Source of the DNA: Acidimicrobiales bacterium
GTDB taxonomy: Bacteria; Actinomycetota; Acidimicrobiia; Acidimicrobiales; SZUA-35
Assembly: GCA_965216655.1 (NCBI GenBank)
Contig: CBDCGP010000005.1
Location: 83,329-147,328, forward strand
Direction of reading: 5' to 3'
Length of the DNA: 64,000 bases
A model generated the notes under the pieces. That model had not been told where the DNA came from. It saw only the letters and a program-made list of their open reading frames with translations, and did not search any database. Below, in pieces: positions 28,996 through 38,402 of this stretch (position 1 is its first letter; every line of letters begins with the position of its first letter). A program made the position numbers and the translations under genes.

Positions 28996-30044
28996 TCAGC
29001 CCTCGATGCTGCCGATCTCCCGGCCGACGGCCTCGATGCTGGCGTAATTGTCGTTGCTGGTCTCGATGAACGACCCGGCGCCGAAGAATTCGAGGATCTC
29101 GGCCTCTTCGGGATTGGACGGATCGAGCGAGGTGAAGGCCTCGATGACCGACGTCGTCAGATCGTCACCGAGCTCGGGGCGGGCCACCCAGTGGTAGTCG
29201 AAGTAGGTCGGGGTCTCGAAGATGACCTGAACCTTCTCGAGGTTGACCTCACCGGCTTCGACCCGGGCGTCCCACACCTGCGAATTGAGGGCACCGACCT
29301 CGAAGGTTCCGGCCTCGACCAGTTCGATGGTGGCGTCATGGGAGCCGCTGAACCCGGGCTCCCCGTCGAGGTCGTCGAGGCTGACCCCGGCGTCGCTGAG
29401 GAACGACTGGGGCATGAGCCGTCCGGATGTGCTCGACTCCGAGCCGAACGTCAGTGTGCGACCGGCGATGGCGCTCAAACCGGCCACGTCGTCGAATGGG
29501 TTCGATGCCGGTGTCGGTGCCGGCGATGAACACCGAGGTGAACTCCTCGTCGATGTCACGCTGGGCGATGGCATCAGCGCCGTCGACCTGCAGCCGAGCC
29601 TGAACACCGGTGAGCCCGCCGAACCAGACGAGGTCGAGATCGCCGACCCGGAAGGCGGTGACGGCGGCGTCGTACTCGGTGACCGGCTCGAAGCGAACCT
29701 CGACCCCCGGTCTCGGCGGCCAGGTAGTCGGCCACCAGCTGGTAGTTGCGGGCCAGGACCTCGGGGTCCTGATCGGGGATGGCCCCGATAACCAGCTCGC
29801 CGTCGAAGTCACCGGCGTCTTCGGCGGCGTCGCCGGCCTCGTCGCTTTCATCGGCTGCGTCGTCGGTTGTTTCTTCCGAGGTGTCGTCGGCGTCGGCGTC
29901 GTCAGCCGCTTCGGTGGTATCCGACGCTGCGGTGGTCTCGGATGACTCGCCGGCCTCGGTCGAGTCGTCGTCGGAGCCACAGGCTGCGGCCAGGAATGCC
30001 AACAGCACGAGGGGAACGAGAAAACGAAGATTGATGTGGCGCAT
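28996..30044 (-). pseudogene. phnD: PhnD-type periplasmic binding lipoprotein, interrupted by two 1-nt frameshifts as assembled
   Basis: Three collinear frames. Frame A: MRHINLRF..LAAACGSDDD..GELVIGAIPDQDPEVLARNYQLVADYLAAETG. Frame B: VEVRFEPVTEYDAAVTAFRVGDLDLVWFGGLTGVQA...[11 protein letters not shown]. Frame C: [25 protein letters not shown]...[11 protein letters not shown]. The shifts are at the C5 run 29704-29708 and the GGG run 29498-29500. Confidence 0.75.
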
Positions 30045-30151
30045 GGGTGGACTCTTTCCGACAGCCGCGTTCAGATGAGGGACCGAGGATACCCAAGCCC
30101 CTAGTTGACAACCGCGGGACCGGCGTGTGAATTCCATCGCAGCTTTTGTCC

Positions 30152-30179
30152 GTCTACGACCCGTTACCGGGTCGTAGAC
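30152..30179. other. Perfect 12-bp stem / 4-nt loop hairpin
   Basis: GTCTACGACCCG-ttac-CGGGTCGTAGAC. No U-tract on either side. Confidence 0.6.
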
Positions 30180-30228
30180 AAGCAAAACCTCATAGATCCT
30201 GTCTTCGAGCACAAACCGTCCCGAGGCG

Positions 30229-30272
30229 TTCGCGGGTGATTTCGACCACAAGTGGTCGTTCTCGCCCGCGAA
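30229..30272. other. Compound hairpin (8-bp outer stem plus 6-bp inner stem)
   Basis: TTCGCGGG-tgatt-CGACCA-caag-TGGTCG-ttctcg-CCCGCGAA. Confidence 0.5.
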
Positions 30273-30327
30273 TGATCAACCTTTCTGCAGGTAGACGAGT
30301 CCGCAACACCCGAGCCGCCTCACTTGG

Positions 30328-30687
30328 TCAAATGAGGATGTCTTTCATGGCGAAGAAGGAGGTACTCCTGATTGTCTCCAGTGACGGGGATCCATGAGAG
30401 ATCTCCCCCTTGAGGCCCAAAGCAACAAAGACCAGGTACATCGTCCAAGCCATCAGGAACTTGGCCGATGTAACGGGGCCGATCCATCGTTCGTCTTCGC
30501 TCCGCACAATGACCTTGCGCAAGATGGCCACGATCGGAAATACCGCAATTCCGATAGGGATCACTATCCAGCCCAGCGATCCAGAGATACCGAACCCGAC
30601 TACTCCTCGTGCCACGATCCATGCGTCTGAGAAAGCGCGCTCACAGGAGACGTCCAATCTGTAAATGGTGCAAAATTTCGAGGCCAA
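30328..30687 (-). CDS. Small hypothetical membrane protein (about 3 TM) in a visibly lower-GC islet
   Basis: 119-aa ORF with hydrophobic segments (GVVGFGISGSLGWIVIPIGIAVFPIVAIL; FLMAWTMYLVFVALGL). Codon usage is A/T-richer than in the neighbours. I recognised no family. Confidence 0.4.
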   Translation of the reverse strand: MASKFCTIYRLDVSCERAFSDAWIVARGVVGFGISGSLGWIVIPIGIAVFPIVAILRKVIVRSEDERWIGPVTSAKFLMAWTMYLVFVALGLKGEISHGSPSLETIRSTSFFAMKDILI

Positions 30688-30719
30688 CTGGTTCCGCTAA
30701 CACCAGGGCTCAGCTTGTC

Positions 30720-32638
30720 CTACGACGACAACGAGGCGGCGGCCTTTCGGGCCTTGGCCGCACGGGCCCGTACGATCGGGTCGAGTTCGACCTTGCGGAG
30801 GCGGATCTCGTCGGGGGTCACCTCCACGCATTCGTCGTCGCCGATGAACTCGAGCGCCTGCTCCAACGACAACTCCCGCGGCGGCGACAGCTTCACCGTG
30901 GCGTCGGCCGCGGCGGCCCGGTGATTGGTGAGCTGCTTTCTCCTTGCCAGACGTTGACGTCCATGTCCTCGGCCCGGCTGTTCTCCCCCACGATCATGCC
31001 GCAGTACACCTCGGTGCCGGGCGGTATCAGCATCTGGGCCCGCTCCTGCAGACCGAGCATGGCGTACGTCGTGGCGGGACCCCGACGGTCGGCCACCATG
31101 GAGCCCGAGCGGCGGGTGCGGATCTCCCCGAACCACGGCTCGAAGCCATCCATCGACTGATTGACCACGCCGGTGCCGCGGGTCTCGGTCAGGAACTCGG
31201 TGCGGAAACCGATCAGACCACGGGCCGGAACCAGGTAGTCGAGCCGCACCCACCCCGTGCCGTGGTTGACCATCTGGTCCATCCGCCCCTTCCGGCCCGC
31301 CAACAGCTGGGTCACCGCGCCGAGGTGCTCCTCCGGTACATCGATGATCACCCGCTCGACGGGCTCGTGGACGGCGCCGTCGATCTCCCGGGTCACCACC
31401 TGCGGTTTGCCGACCGTCAGCTCGAACCCCTCTCGCCGCATCGTCTCCACCAGCACCGCGAGCTGGAGTTCCCCACGGGCCTGGACCTCCCACACGTCCG
31501 GCTTCTCGGTGCCGAGCACACGGAGGCTCATGTTGCCGACCAGCTCGGCGTCGAGCCGTCCCTTGACCAGGCGGGCGGTCAGCTTCGACCCGGACTGACC
31601 GGCCAGCGGCGACGAATTGACACCGATCGTCATCGACAATGACGGCTCGTCGACCTCGATCACCGGCATCGGACGGGGATCGTCGGCGTCGACCAAGGTC
31701 TCACCGATGAGAATGTCGTCGATGCCGGCCACGGCCACCAGATCTCCGGGACCGGCCTCGTCGGCCGACACCCGCTCCAACGCCTCGGTCAGGTACAGCT
31801 CGGCGATCTTCACCCGGTCGACCGTGCCGTCGATCCGACTCAAGCCGACCGACGCGCCCCGCCGTATAGTGCCGTTCATCATGCGACACAACGCCAGGCG
31901 ACCGACGTAGGGGCTGACGTCGAGGTTCGTCACCCAGGCCTGGAGGGGATGGCCCTCGGTGTAGATCGGGGCGGGAACGACCTCGACGATCGCCTCGAAC
32001 AGTGGGGTCAGGTCGGCTCCGCCGGCAGCGCCACCAACCGGGGAGGAGTCACCGGCGACCAGCTCATCCACGGCGTCGAGGTCCGTGGTGGCCCAACCGG
32101 TGCGGGCCGCGCAGTAGAGGATCGGAAAGTCGATCTGGTCATCCCGGGCATCGATATCGAGGAACAGCTCGTAGACCTCGTCGACCACCTCCTTGGCCCG
32201 GGCGTCACCCCGGTCGACCTTGTTGACGACCAGGATCACCGGGAGGTCGAGGGCGAGCGCCTTGCGCAGCACGAAACGGGTCTGGGGCAGCGGACCCTCG
32301 GCGGCGTCGACCAGGAGCACGATCCCGTCGACCATCGTCAACGCCCGCTCGACCTCGCCGCCGAAGTCGGCGTGGCCGGGGGTGTCGACGATGTTGAACG
32401 TGAGGTCACCCCACCGCACCGACGTGTTCTTGGCCAGGATGGTGATGCCCTTCTCCCGCTCGAGGTCGCCGGAATCCATCACCCGGTCGGCGACGTCCTC
32501 ATTCGCCCGGAACACGCCGGTCTGACGGAGCATGGCGTCGACGAGCGTGGTCTTGCCGTGATCGACGTGGGCCACGATGGCCACATTGCGCAGGTCGGAC
32601 CGGCGGCTCTCAGGTTGTGGTTCACGGCCAGCGGCCAT
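30720..32638 (-). CDS. typA: Translational GTPase TypA/BipA; 1-nt frameshift near 30937-30939 as assembled
   Basis: ATG 32638. The N-terminus carries [18 protein letters not shown] and [12 protein letters not shown]. The frame is lost after DMDVNV. The C-terminus ([42 protein letters not shown]) lies in the 30720 ORF. Adding one A to the AAA run restores WQGEKQLTN. Confidence 0.85.
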
Positions 32639-32770
32639 ATGGCGGTTCCTCTCACGAACCAATGCGACCAGACAACGATAGGGCCTCCCGCCGATGCGAC
32701 CTACGTTGGGCCTCGACGCCACCCCGGCGCCGGAAGTACTCTGGATGAACAGCGTCCGTTGGAGGTCGAC

Positions 32771-33380
32771 ATGGCCGCCCGCCCAACCCCGGTGGAAGTA
32801 TTCGGGGTCGGATCCGACGGCGAGTTGATACCGCTCACCCCCGGATCCTCCCCCGGCGACGACACGGCATCGGCGCGGACCGACGCCGACCGGGCGTGGA
32901 TCCTCGGTCCGCTGGATGAGCTGGGCGGCATCGGCGGCGAGTCGGACGACGGCGCCGGGGGCTTGCCGTCGTACCAGGCCCGCAAGGCCCACCGACCGGG
33001 CGGGTTCGGCGACCGACCGACCAGAACCGGCGGACGCGAGGACGTGGTGGCGCCGGTGCACGTGCTGCCGGGACCGGCCAGCCGGGCACTGCACGCCGGC
33101 GACCTGTTCCGCGAACCGCTGCCCGGTCTCGTCGTCGACATCGACAGCCTCGAGGTCGATTCGAGGGGATCGACCTGGTCGGCCACCGTGACCTGCCGGG
33201 GATTCGGCGCAACCACCGTAAGGCGACGCTTCGGGCCTACCCGTCGCCGTCGGCCAACCTCACGGTGCTCGAACTCGTACCCACCAGGCGGCGGCTGGTT
33301 CAGACGAGGGCGTTCGTGAAGGCCGGGGTGCCGGCCATCGCCACCCTCTGCTCGCGTATCAGCCGGACGGCCCGGACCTG
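32771..33380 (+). CDS. Hypothetical protein, possibly frameshifted near 33190
   Basis: ATG 32771 has a GGAGG SD 5 nt upstream, inside the tail of the 31949 ORF. After ...STWSATV the listed frame turns Arg/Pro-rich. The adjacent frame reads DLPGIRRNHRKATLRAYPSPSANLTVLELVPTRRRLVQTRAFVKAGVPAIATL and stops at 33378-33380. Confidence 0.3.
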
Positions 33381-35407
33381 ACCGGCGGCCTGGGTTCGGT
33401 CTGCCCCTCATCGGCGGCCGAGGGCGGCGCGGCCTGGGATCGGGACGGCGACGGCGGCGGCGACGTCGATGTCGATGTCGGTGTCGATGCCGGCTGCGAA
33501 ACCTCGTCGGCGGTTTCCGACGCATCAGTGCCGGCAATGCTGTCGACGTAGCAGAGCCGATCGATGATGATGCCGGACTCGACGGGCACCTCGCCGAACT
33601 GGAGCCCGATGGTGTCACCGATGCGGCGGACCGTGCACTCGACCGGCGTCGGCATCCCATCGAGCGAGAAGCGAATCAGATCGCCCAGCTCGGCGTTGAG
33701 ATCCTCGTAGATCTCCACCGCCGCGCCCGACGGCGACAGATCGGCCAGTCGACCGAGGATCACTTTGCCGTCGACCTCGAGATCGGCCCGTCGTCCCTCG
33801 ACCGGGACCCGATAGATCCGCCGGCGCTGCTGATAGCGGAAGCCGTACCGCCAGGCGAGCGCCAGCTGACTGCCCTCCCAGACCGCCAGCAGGAAGGTGA
33901 GGGTCGCGGCAAACGGGGTCAGACCGTAGCCGGTGGCCTGGCGGGCGATCCCCAGGACGACACCGACCACGAGGATCATCGTCAACAGCACCAGCGACGG
34001 ATTCGAGCGGAGGAACACACTCCAGTGGCCGGTGACGCCGTCCTTCACCGTCACCTTGAACACCTCTTTCCCTCCAGGGCCCGACACCAGGGTGCGCAGG
34101 GCCGACAGTTGGGCGGGCAGCGACAGGATTTCGGCCCGGCTCATGTCGCCGAGCGCCACCCGACCTCGGGACAGGGCGAGCATCCCGACGCCGCCGCCGG
34201 CGATCGCGCCCCCCAGGATCGTCACCATCACCACCGGGTCGGCCTGGAATGGAATTCGCCCGGAACCCAGGATCAGGGCCACGCCGAGGATGAGCAGAAT
34301 GCGGCGCAGCCCGGCCAGCACGGCGATCAGTGTTGCCACGTACGAGAGCCGCTGGCGAAGGGTGAGCCCCGGGATGGTCAACGGGCTGTCGTCGGTGTGC
34401 AACAAGGCGATGTTGCCCGATCCCCACCGGTCACGCTGGGTCACATAGGAGCTGTGGTCGGTGGCGCCGAGGCCGAACGACAGCGCCACCGGGTGGTAGC
34501 GGCTCCGCCAACCCCTGGCGTGCAGCCGCACCGACGTGTGGAAGTCCTCGGTGATGGTCCCCTCGGCCACACCGCCCGCCTCCCTCAGGGCCTCGGTCCG
34601 CAGCATCCCGCCGGTTCCGCACCAGTAGGCGGCATTGTGCCGGTCCTTCCCCCACTGGATGATGTCGTAGAACAGCGATTGATCGTGACGGCCATGGGAG
34701 TAGTGCTGGAAACTGTCGGTGTTGTAGAAACCGTGCGGCGTCTGCACGAGCGCGACGTCCGGGTCCTCGAAGTAGGGGACGAGCGTCGACACGTAGTCGG
34801 GCTGGGGCACCATGTCACAGTCGAGCACGGTGACCAGCTCGGCGGTCAGATGGTTGAGCGCATTGTTGATGTTCCCGGCCTTCGCCCCCTTGTTGTCCGA
34901 CCGGGTCAGATACGTGATTCCCAACTGTTCCGCCAGGTCGGCCATCTCCTGCCGTCGACCGTCGTCGAGGAGCCACACCTCGAGCGGTCCGTCGTAGTCC
35001 TGACCGAGGCAGCCGGCCAGCGTCGGGCGGACCACCTCGATGGGTTCGTTGTACACCGGTATGAGCACGTCGACGGCGGGTCTGGCCGTGCCCACCGGTG
35101 GATCGAACGGAGGCACCCGCCAACCGTCGAACAAGAGCGCCAGTTGGGCGATCATCGCCAGAACCTCACCGATGATGAGCACGAGGTTGATCGGCCAGAA
35201 CGAGTCGGGATCGTTGAACGTGCTGAGCCGGAACACGGCGTAGTTGACCATCGCAACGACCCCGATGATCATGAACAGGTGGGCGAACGCCCACTCCCGG
35301 GCCAGCGGTTGTCGGTTCGGCTTGCCGTGCAGGGTCGCCTGGGAGTCCGGGAGGTCGTCGGGTGCAGGCGCGTCCGCGCCGGCACTCCGCTCGTTGGACG
35401 GACTCAT
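33359..35407 (-). CDS. Processive GT2 beta-glycan synthase (cellulose-synthase-like) with a C-terminal PilZ domain
   Basis: 682 aa. GT2 motifs: LLDDG, DCDMVP, TEDFHTS, QRDRWGSG (QxxRW). PilZ motifs: RRRIYR (RxxxR) and DLSPSGAAV (DxSxxG). It has a Pro/Ser/Thr-rich tail. Confidence 0.85.
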   Translation of the reverse strand: MSPSNERSAGADAPAPDDLPDSQATLHGKPNRQPLAREWAFAHLFMIIGVVAMVNYAVFRLSTFNDPDSFWPINLVLIIGEVLAMIAQLALLFDGWRVPPFDPPVGTARPAVDVLIPVYNEPIEVVRPTLAGCLGQDYDGPLEVWLLDDGRRQEMADLAEQLGITYLTRSDNKGAKAGNINNALNHLTAELVTVLDCDMVPQPDYVSTLVPYFEDPDVALVQTPHGFYNTDSFQHYSHGRHDQSLFYDIIQWGKDRHNAAYWCGTGGMLRTEALREAGGVAEGTITEDFHTSVRLHARGWRSRYHPVALSFGLGATDHSSYVTQRDRWGSGNIALLHTDDSPLTIPGLTLRQRLSYVATLIAVLAGLRRILLILGVALILGSGRIPFQADPVVMVTILGGAIAGGGVGMLALSRGRVALGDMSRAEILSLPAQLSALRTLVSGPGGKEVFKVTVKDGVTGHWSVFLRSNPSLVLLTMILVVGVVLGIARQATGYGLTPFAATLTFLLAVWEGSQLALAWRYGFRYQQRRRIYRVPVEGRRADLEVDGKVILGRLADLSPSGAAVEIYEDLNAELGDLIRFSLDGMPTPVECTVRRIGDTIGLQFGEVPVESGIIIDRLCYVDSIAGTDASETADEVSQPASTPTSTSTSPPPSPSRSQAAPPSAADEGQTEPRPPVRSGPSG

Positions 35408-35513
35408 GGTGGCCCCGTCGGCCGCCGCAACGGTGATTCAAGCGGTGGCCGGGGCCGAGGCCGCCCGCGCCGCCAATGGGCCCCAACGTTTGACAACGAA
35501 CTATCATCGGCCC

Positions 35514-36383
35514 ATGGCCGGTCCGTCCCGAGAGCTGTACCGTGCCGGTTCGCTGGCCGTCGGCACCTTTCGCTGCAGGCCGGGCGACGACGCCTTCGAC
35601 GGCGGCTGGATCGAGCATCCCACGATCGTGTTCCCCCGAACCTGTGTGAAGATCACCCAGGAGGGAACCGACACCGTGCTGGCCGACCCCAACACGGTCG
35701 TGCTCTACCGCGGCGGCCAGGAGTACTCGCGGGCCGCCGTCGACTCGATCGGTGACCACTGCGAATGGTTCGAGGTCGACCCGGCGTGGATGCGGGAGGC
35801 GGCCGCGCCCTACGATCCGGAGTTGACCGCACCGGACGCTCCGGCCGTGCGCCACACCCATGCCCCGTCGCAACCGGAGGCCTATGTGCTCCAACGGTCC
35901 TTGACTCGGATGCTGGGCGCCGCCGGCCCGGCGCCCACCGGGCTCGTGGTCGAGGAGGCGCTCCTTCGACTCGTCGACCTGGTCATTCCACCCGCCTACG
36001 TACGACGGGCCTCCGTCGACGCCGTCGGGGCCGTCGGGGCCGAGCACGTGGGGCTGGTCGACGACGCCAAAGCCCACATGGCACTCAACTTCAACCGCCC
36101 GTTGTCGCTCTCCGACATCGGCGCAGCCGTCGGCTCCTCACGATTTCACCTCGCCCGCGTGTTCCGACGGACGACGGGAACGTCGCTCCACCGATACCTG
36201 ACGTCACTGCGGCTGCGGGCCGCGCTCAACCGAATGACCGATTCGAGCGAGGGCCTGGCCGACATCGCGGTGGCCGTCGGGTTCTCCAGCCACAGTCATC
36301 TGACGCAGGCGTTCCGGCAGGCGTTCGGCACGACACCGAGTCGTTATCGCCGTCAGCCGGAGGCGTTCGCGGCGACGATGTAG
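35514..36383 (+). CDS. AraC-family transcriptional regulator
   Basis: Internal ATG 35514 of the 35244 ORF. It has a C-terminal double HTH (LSLSDIGAAVGSSRFHLARVFRR ... IAVAVGFSSHSHLTQAFRQAFG). Confidence 0.8.
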   Translation: MAGPSRELYRAGSLAVGTFRCRPGDDAFDGGWIEHPTIVFPRTCVKITQEGTDTVLADPNTVVLYRGGQEYSRAAVDSIGDHCEWFEVDPAWMREAAAPYDPELTAPDAPAVRHTHAPSQPEAYVLQRSLTRMLGAAGPAPTGLVVEEALLRLVDLVIPPAYVRRASVDAVGAVGAEHVGLVDDAKAHMALNFNRPLSLSDIGAAVGSSRFHLARVFRRTTGTSLHRYLTSLRLRAALNRMTDSSEGLADIAVAVGFSSHSHLTQAFRQAFGTTPSRYRRQPEAFAATM

Positions 36384-37762
36384 GCCACACCGACACCGGT
36401 GAGCAGGTAGTCGGACCGGCCGTCACCGTTGAGGTCGCCGACGGCCAGCGCGTCGACCCCCAGGAACTCGCCTGCGGTCGTGCTGGTGATCGTTCGCAGT
36501 ACGGTCCCGTCGACGCCGGAGTAGATCCGCACGGTCCCGGCCGATGGCGCCCCCTCCGACGACCCCCAGGCCGCCACCACCAGATCCCGGACGCCGTCAC
36601 CGTTCACGTCGTCGATCGCCCGGCCCGGGCCGAGGCCCTCGCCGGTCACGACACCGGACTCGACCAGGATCCGTTTGCCGGTCGCCCCGGAGAAGACGTA
36701 GAAGGCACCGGTGCCGTTGACCGGCGTTCCGCCACCGGGGTTGGCGCTCGTACCGCCCTGACCGCCGCGGCCGGCGGCGTAGTCGGCCACGAACACGTCG
36801 GGGGTGCCGTCGCCGTCGACGTCTCCGGCGCGGCGGGCGAAGAAGCGGGCGAAGTTCTCGGCATCGACGGTCGGCTTGAGTTTGTGCACGATCGAACCGT
36901 CGGCGCCGGAGAGGATGTAGGCCTCTCCCCGACCGGATCCGGCCGCCGCTCCTCCGTCGCGGCCGGTGGCCCCCCAGGCGCCGGCCACCTGGTCGGGTAC
37001 GCCGTCGCCCGTCACGTCGCCGATCACGTCGACGGCCGAGCCCAGGAGATCCCAGGCGTGTTTCCCGTCGACGCTCCACAGCTCCGAGCCGTCGGCGCCG
37101 GAGAAGACGGTGACCCGACCGGCCTGGGTCTTGGCGGTGCTCGCGTTCTCGGCTCCGACGATGAGGTCGGCGTGACCGTCGCCGTTGACGTCGCCGGCCC
37201 CCGACACCGCGGTGCCCATTCGGGTGAGCACAGCGGGCGTGAACTCATGGATGAGCGAGTGGTCGGCGCCGGAGAGCACGAGCGCCCGACCGAACGGTGT
37301 CGGGGTGACGGCGGCGAAGCCGGGGGCCCCGACGATGTAGTCGGGGGTGCCGTCGGCGTCGACGTCTCCGGCCGTGGCCATCGAGTAGCCCATCAGCTCG
37401 CCGGCCACACCGTCGATCGTGTTGAGCACCGAGCCGTCGGCGCCGGAGAACACGTACGCCCGCCCGGCCAGCGGGCCACCGGTCGGATCGGTGATGGCGG
37501 TCACGCCGTAGTCGGCGACCCCGTCGCCGTCGAGGTCACCGAGATCGGCCCCGACCCAGCCGAAGTTGTCACCCGGGTTGTCGCCGACGTGGGTTCGGAG
37601 AACGTCGACGTCCGGCTCGACGAACCCCATGGCGTAGGCCACGGTCGGGGCGATCAGGATCAGCGCGGCGGCGAGCGCGGTGACGATCGGCCAGCGGCGG
37701 GCCCGGTGCGGGTTGGAGTTACGGGGGTTGGAAGTACCGGGACTGGCGTGACGGAGCGGCAT
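36353..37762 (-). CDS. Secreted FG-GAP/VCBS-repeat (integrin-alpha-like beta-propeller) protein
   Basis: 469 aa with a signal/TM segment. It carries repeated GD(V/L)(D/N)GDG.(P/A)D motifs. Confidence 0.75.
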   Translation of the reverse strand: MPLRHASPGTSNPRNSNPHRARRWPIVTALAAALILIAPTVAYAMGFVEPDVDVLRTHVGDNPGDNFGWVGADLGDLDGDGVADYGVTAITDPTGGPLAGRAYVFSGADGSVLNTIDGVAGELMGYSMATAGDVDADGTPDYIVGAPGFAAVTPTPFGRALVLSGADHSLIHEFTPAVLTRMGTAVSGAGDVNGDGHADLIVGAENASTAKTQAGRVTVFSGADGSELWSVDGKHAWDLLGSAVDVIGDVTGDGVPDQVAGAWGATGRDGGAAAGSGRGEAYILSGADGSIVHKLKPTVDAENFARFFARRAGDVDGDGTPDVFVADYAAGRGGQGGTSANPGGGTPVNGTGAFYVFSGATGKRILVESGVVTGEGLGPGRAIDDVNGDGVRDLVVAAWGSSEGAPSAGTVRIYSGVDGTVLRTITSTTAGEFLGVDALAVGDLNGDGRSDYLLTGVGVAYIVAANASG

Positions 37763-37871
37763 GGTGGTCCTCCTCGATCCGAACCACCATCATCGCTGGG
37801 GCCAGGCGTCGGAAGCTGTCAAAATCGTGCTCGTTTGGGCGGCGGGTCTCCACGTGTGTTGTGATGCTCAG

Positions 37872-38396
37872 ATGGTGTCAACCACACGGACCCAGACCGA
37901 TCCTCTCATTGTCACGGCCGTCCTGGCCGTGATCGCCATCGGCCTCTCGACCTGGCTGTACCGGTCGGCGTTCAACGACCAGTTCCGCTGCAACTACCTG
38001 ATCGTCGACGGGGTCGACGCCCCGCAGTTCATGTGCGACGGGGCCGACATCGGTGGCGCAACCGGGGTGGCGGGAGCGGTCGACTCGGTGGCCGATGCGC
38101 TGGGTCTCGGCGGTGACGAGCCTGTTGTTGGCGATGCGTTGAGTGTGCCCGGGCTCTCCGGCCTCATCAACGGGCCGCTCGACGTGGTCCGCCGCATCGG
38201 CGTGGTCGTCGGTTTGCTACTACTGGCGGCAACGGCCGCGCTGCTGACCTGGATCAACCGCAACCTTCGGCGGCTCCTGCGCCTGCTGCGATTCGACCCC
38301 GAGGCGTGGCGACAGGCCGCATTCACCGGGCGGACGTTCTTCTCGATCTACCTCGTGTTGCTGATGCCGGTGGTGATCCTGGCGATCACTGTTTGA
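37872..38396 (+). CDS. Hypothetical membrane protein
   Basis: ATG 37872 within the 37761 ORF. It has an N-terminal TM segment and two C-terminal TM segments. No family recognised. Confidence 0.45.
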   Translation: MVSTTRTQTDPLIVTAVLAVIAIGLSTWLYRSAFNDQFRCNYLIVDGVDAPQFMCDGADIGGATGVAGAVDSVADALGLGGDEPVVGDALSVPGLSGLINGPLDVVRRIGVVVGLLLLAATAALLTWINRNLRRLLRLLRFDPEAWRQAAFTGRTFFSIYLVLLMPVVILAITV

Positions 38397-38402
38397 TCGA
38401 CG

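Noticed and set aside
30318-30337. Stem-loop CCTCA-cttggtcaaa-TGAGG containing TCA, considered as a tRNA-Sec anticodon arm
   Set aside because: It has a 10-nt loop with no U33 context, acceptor arm or T-arm. No GGTTCGA-type T-loop is present in any intergenic region. The TCA is the reverse complement of the stop codon of ORF 30328-30687. No selC, selA or selB was found in the window.
30930-30950. The typA frame break as a programmed ribosomal frameshift
   Set aside because: There is no slippery heptamer or stimulatory structure. The break is repaired by adding one base to a 3-nt homopolymer. Four similar breaks occur nearby, at short homopolymer runs or doublets, so an assembly indel is far more likely.
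35765-37864. 699-aa plus-strand ORF. Similar long ORFs are 3367-4770(-), 34025-35755(+), 51270-52958(+), 6949-8355(-), 9029-10417(-), 26337-27488(-) and 32701-33660(-).
   Set aside because: All are antisense or out of frame relative to genes with clear family signatures. All have Arg/Pro/Gly-dominated shadow-ORF composition.
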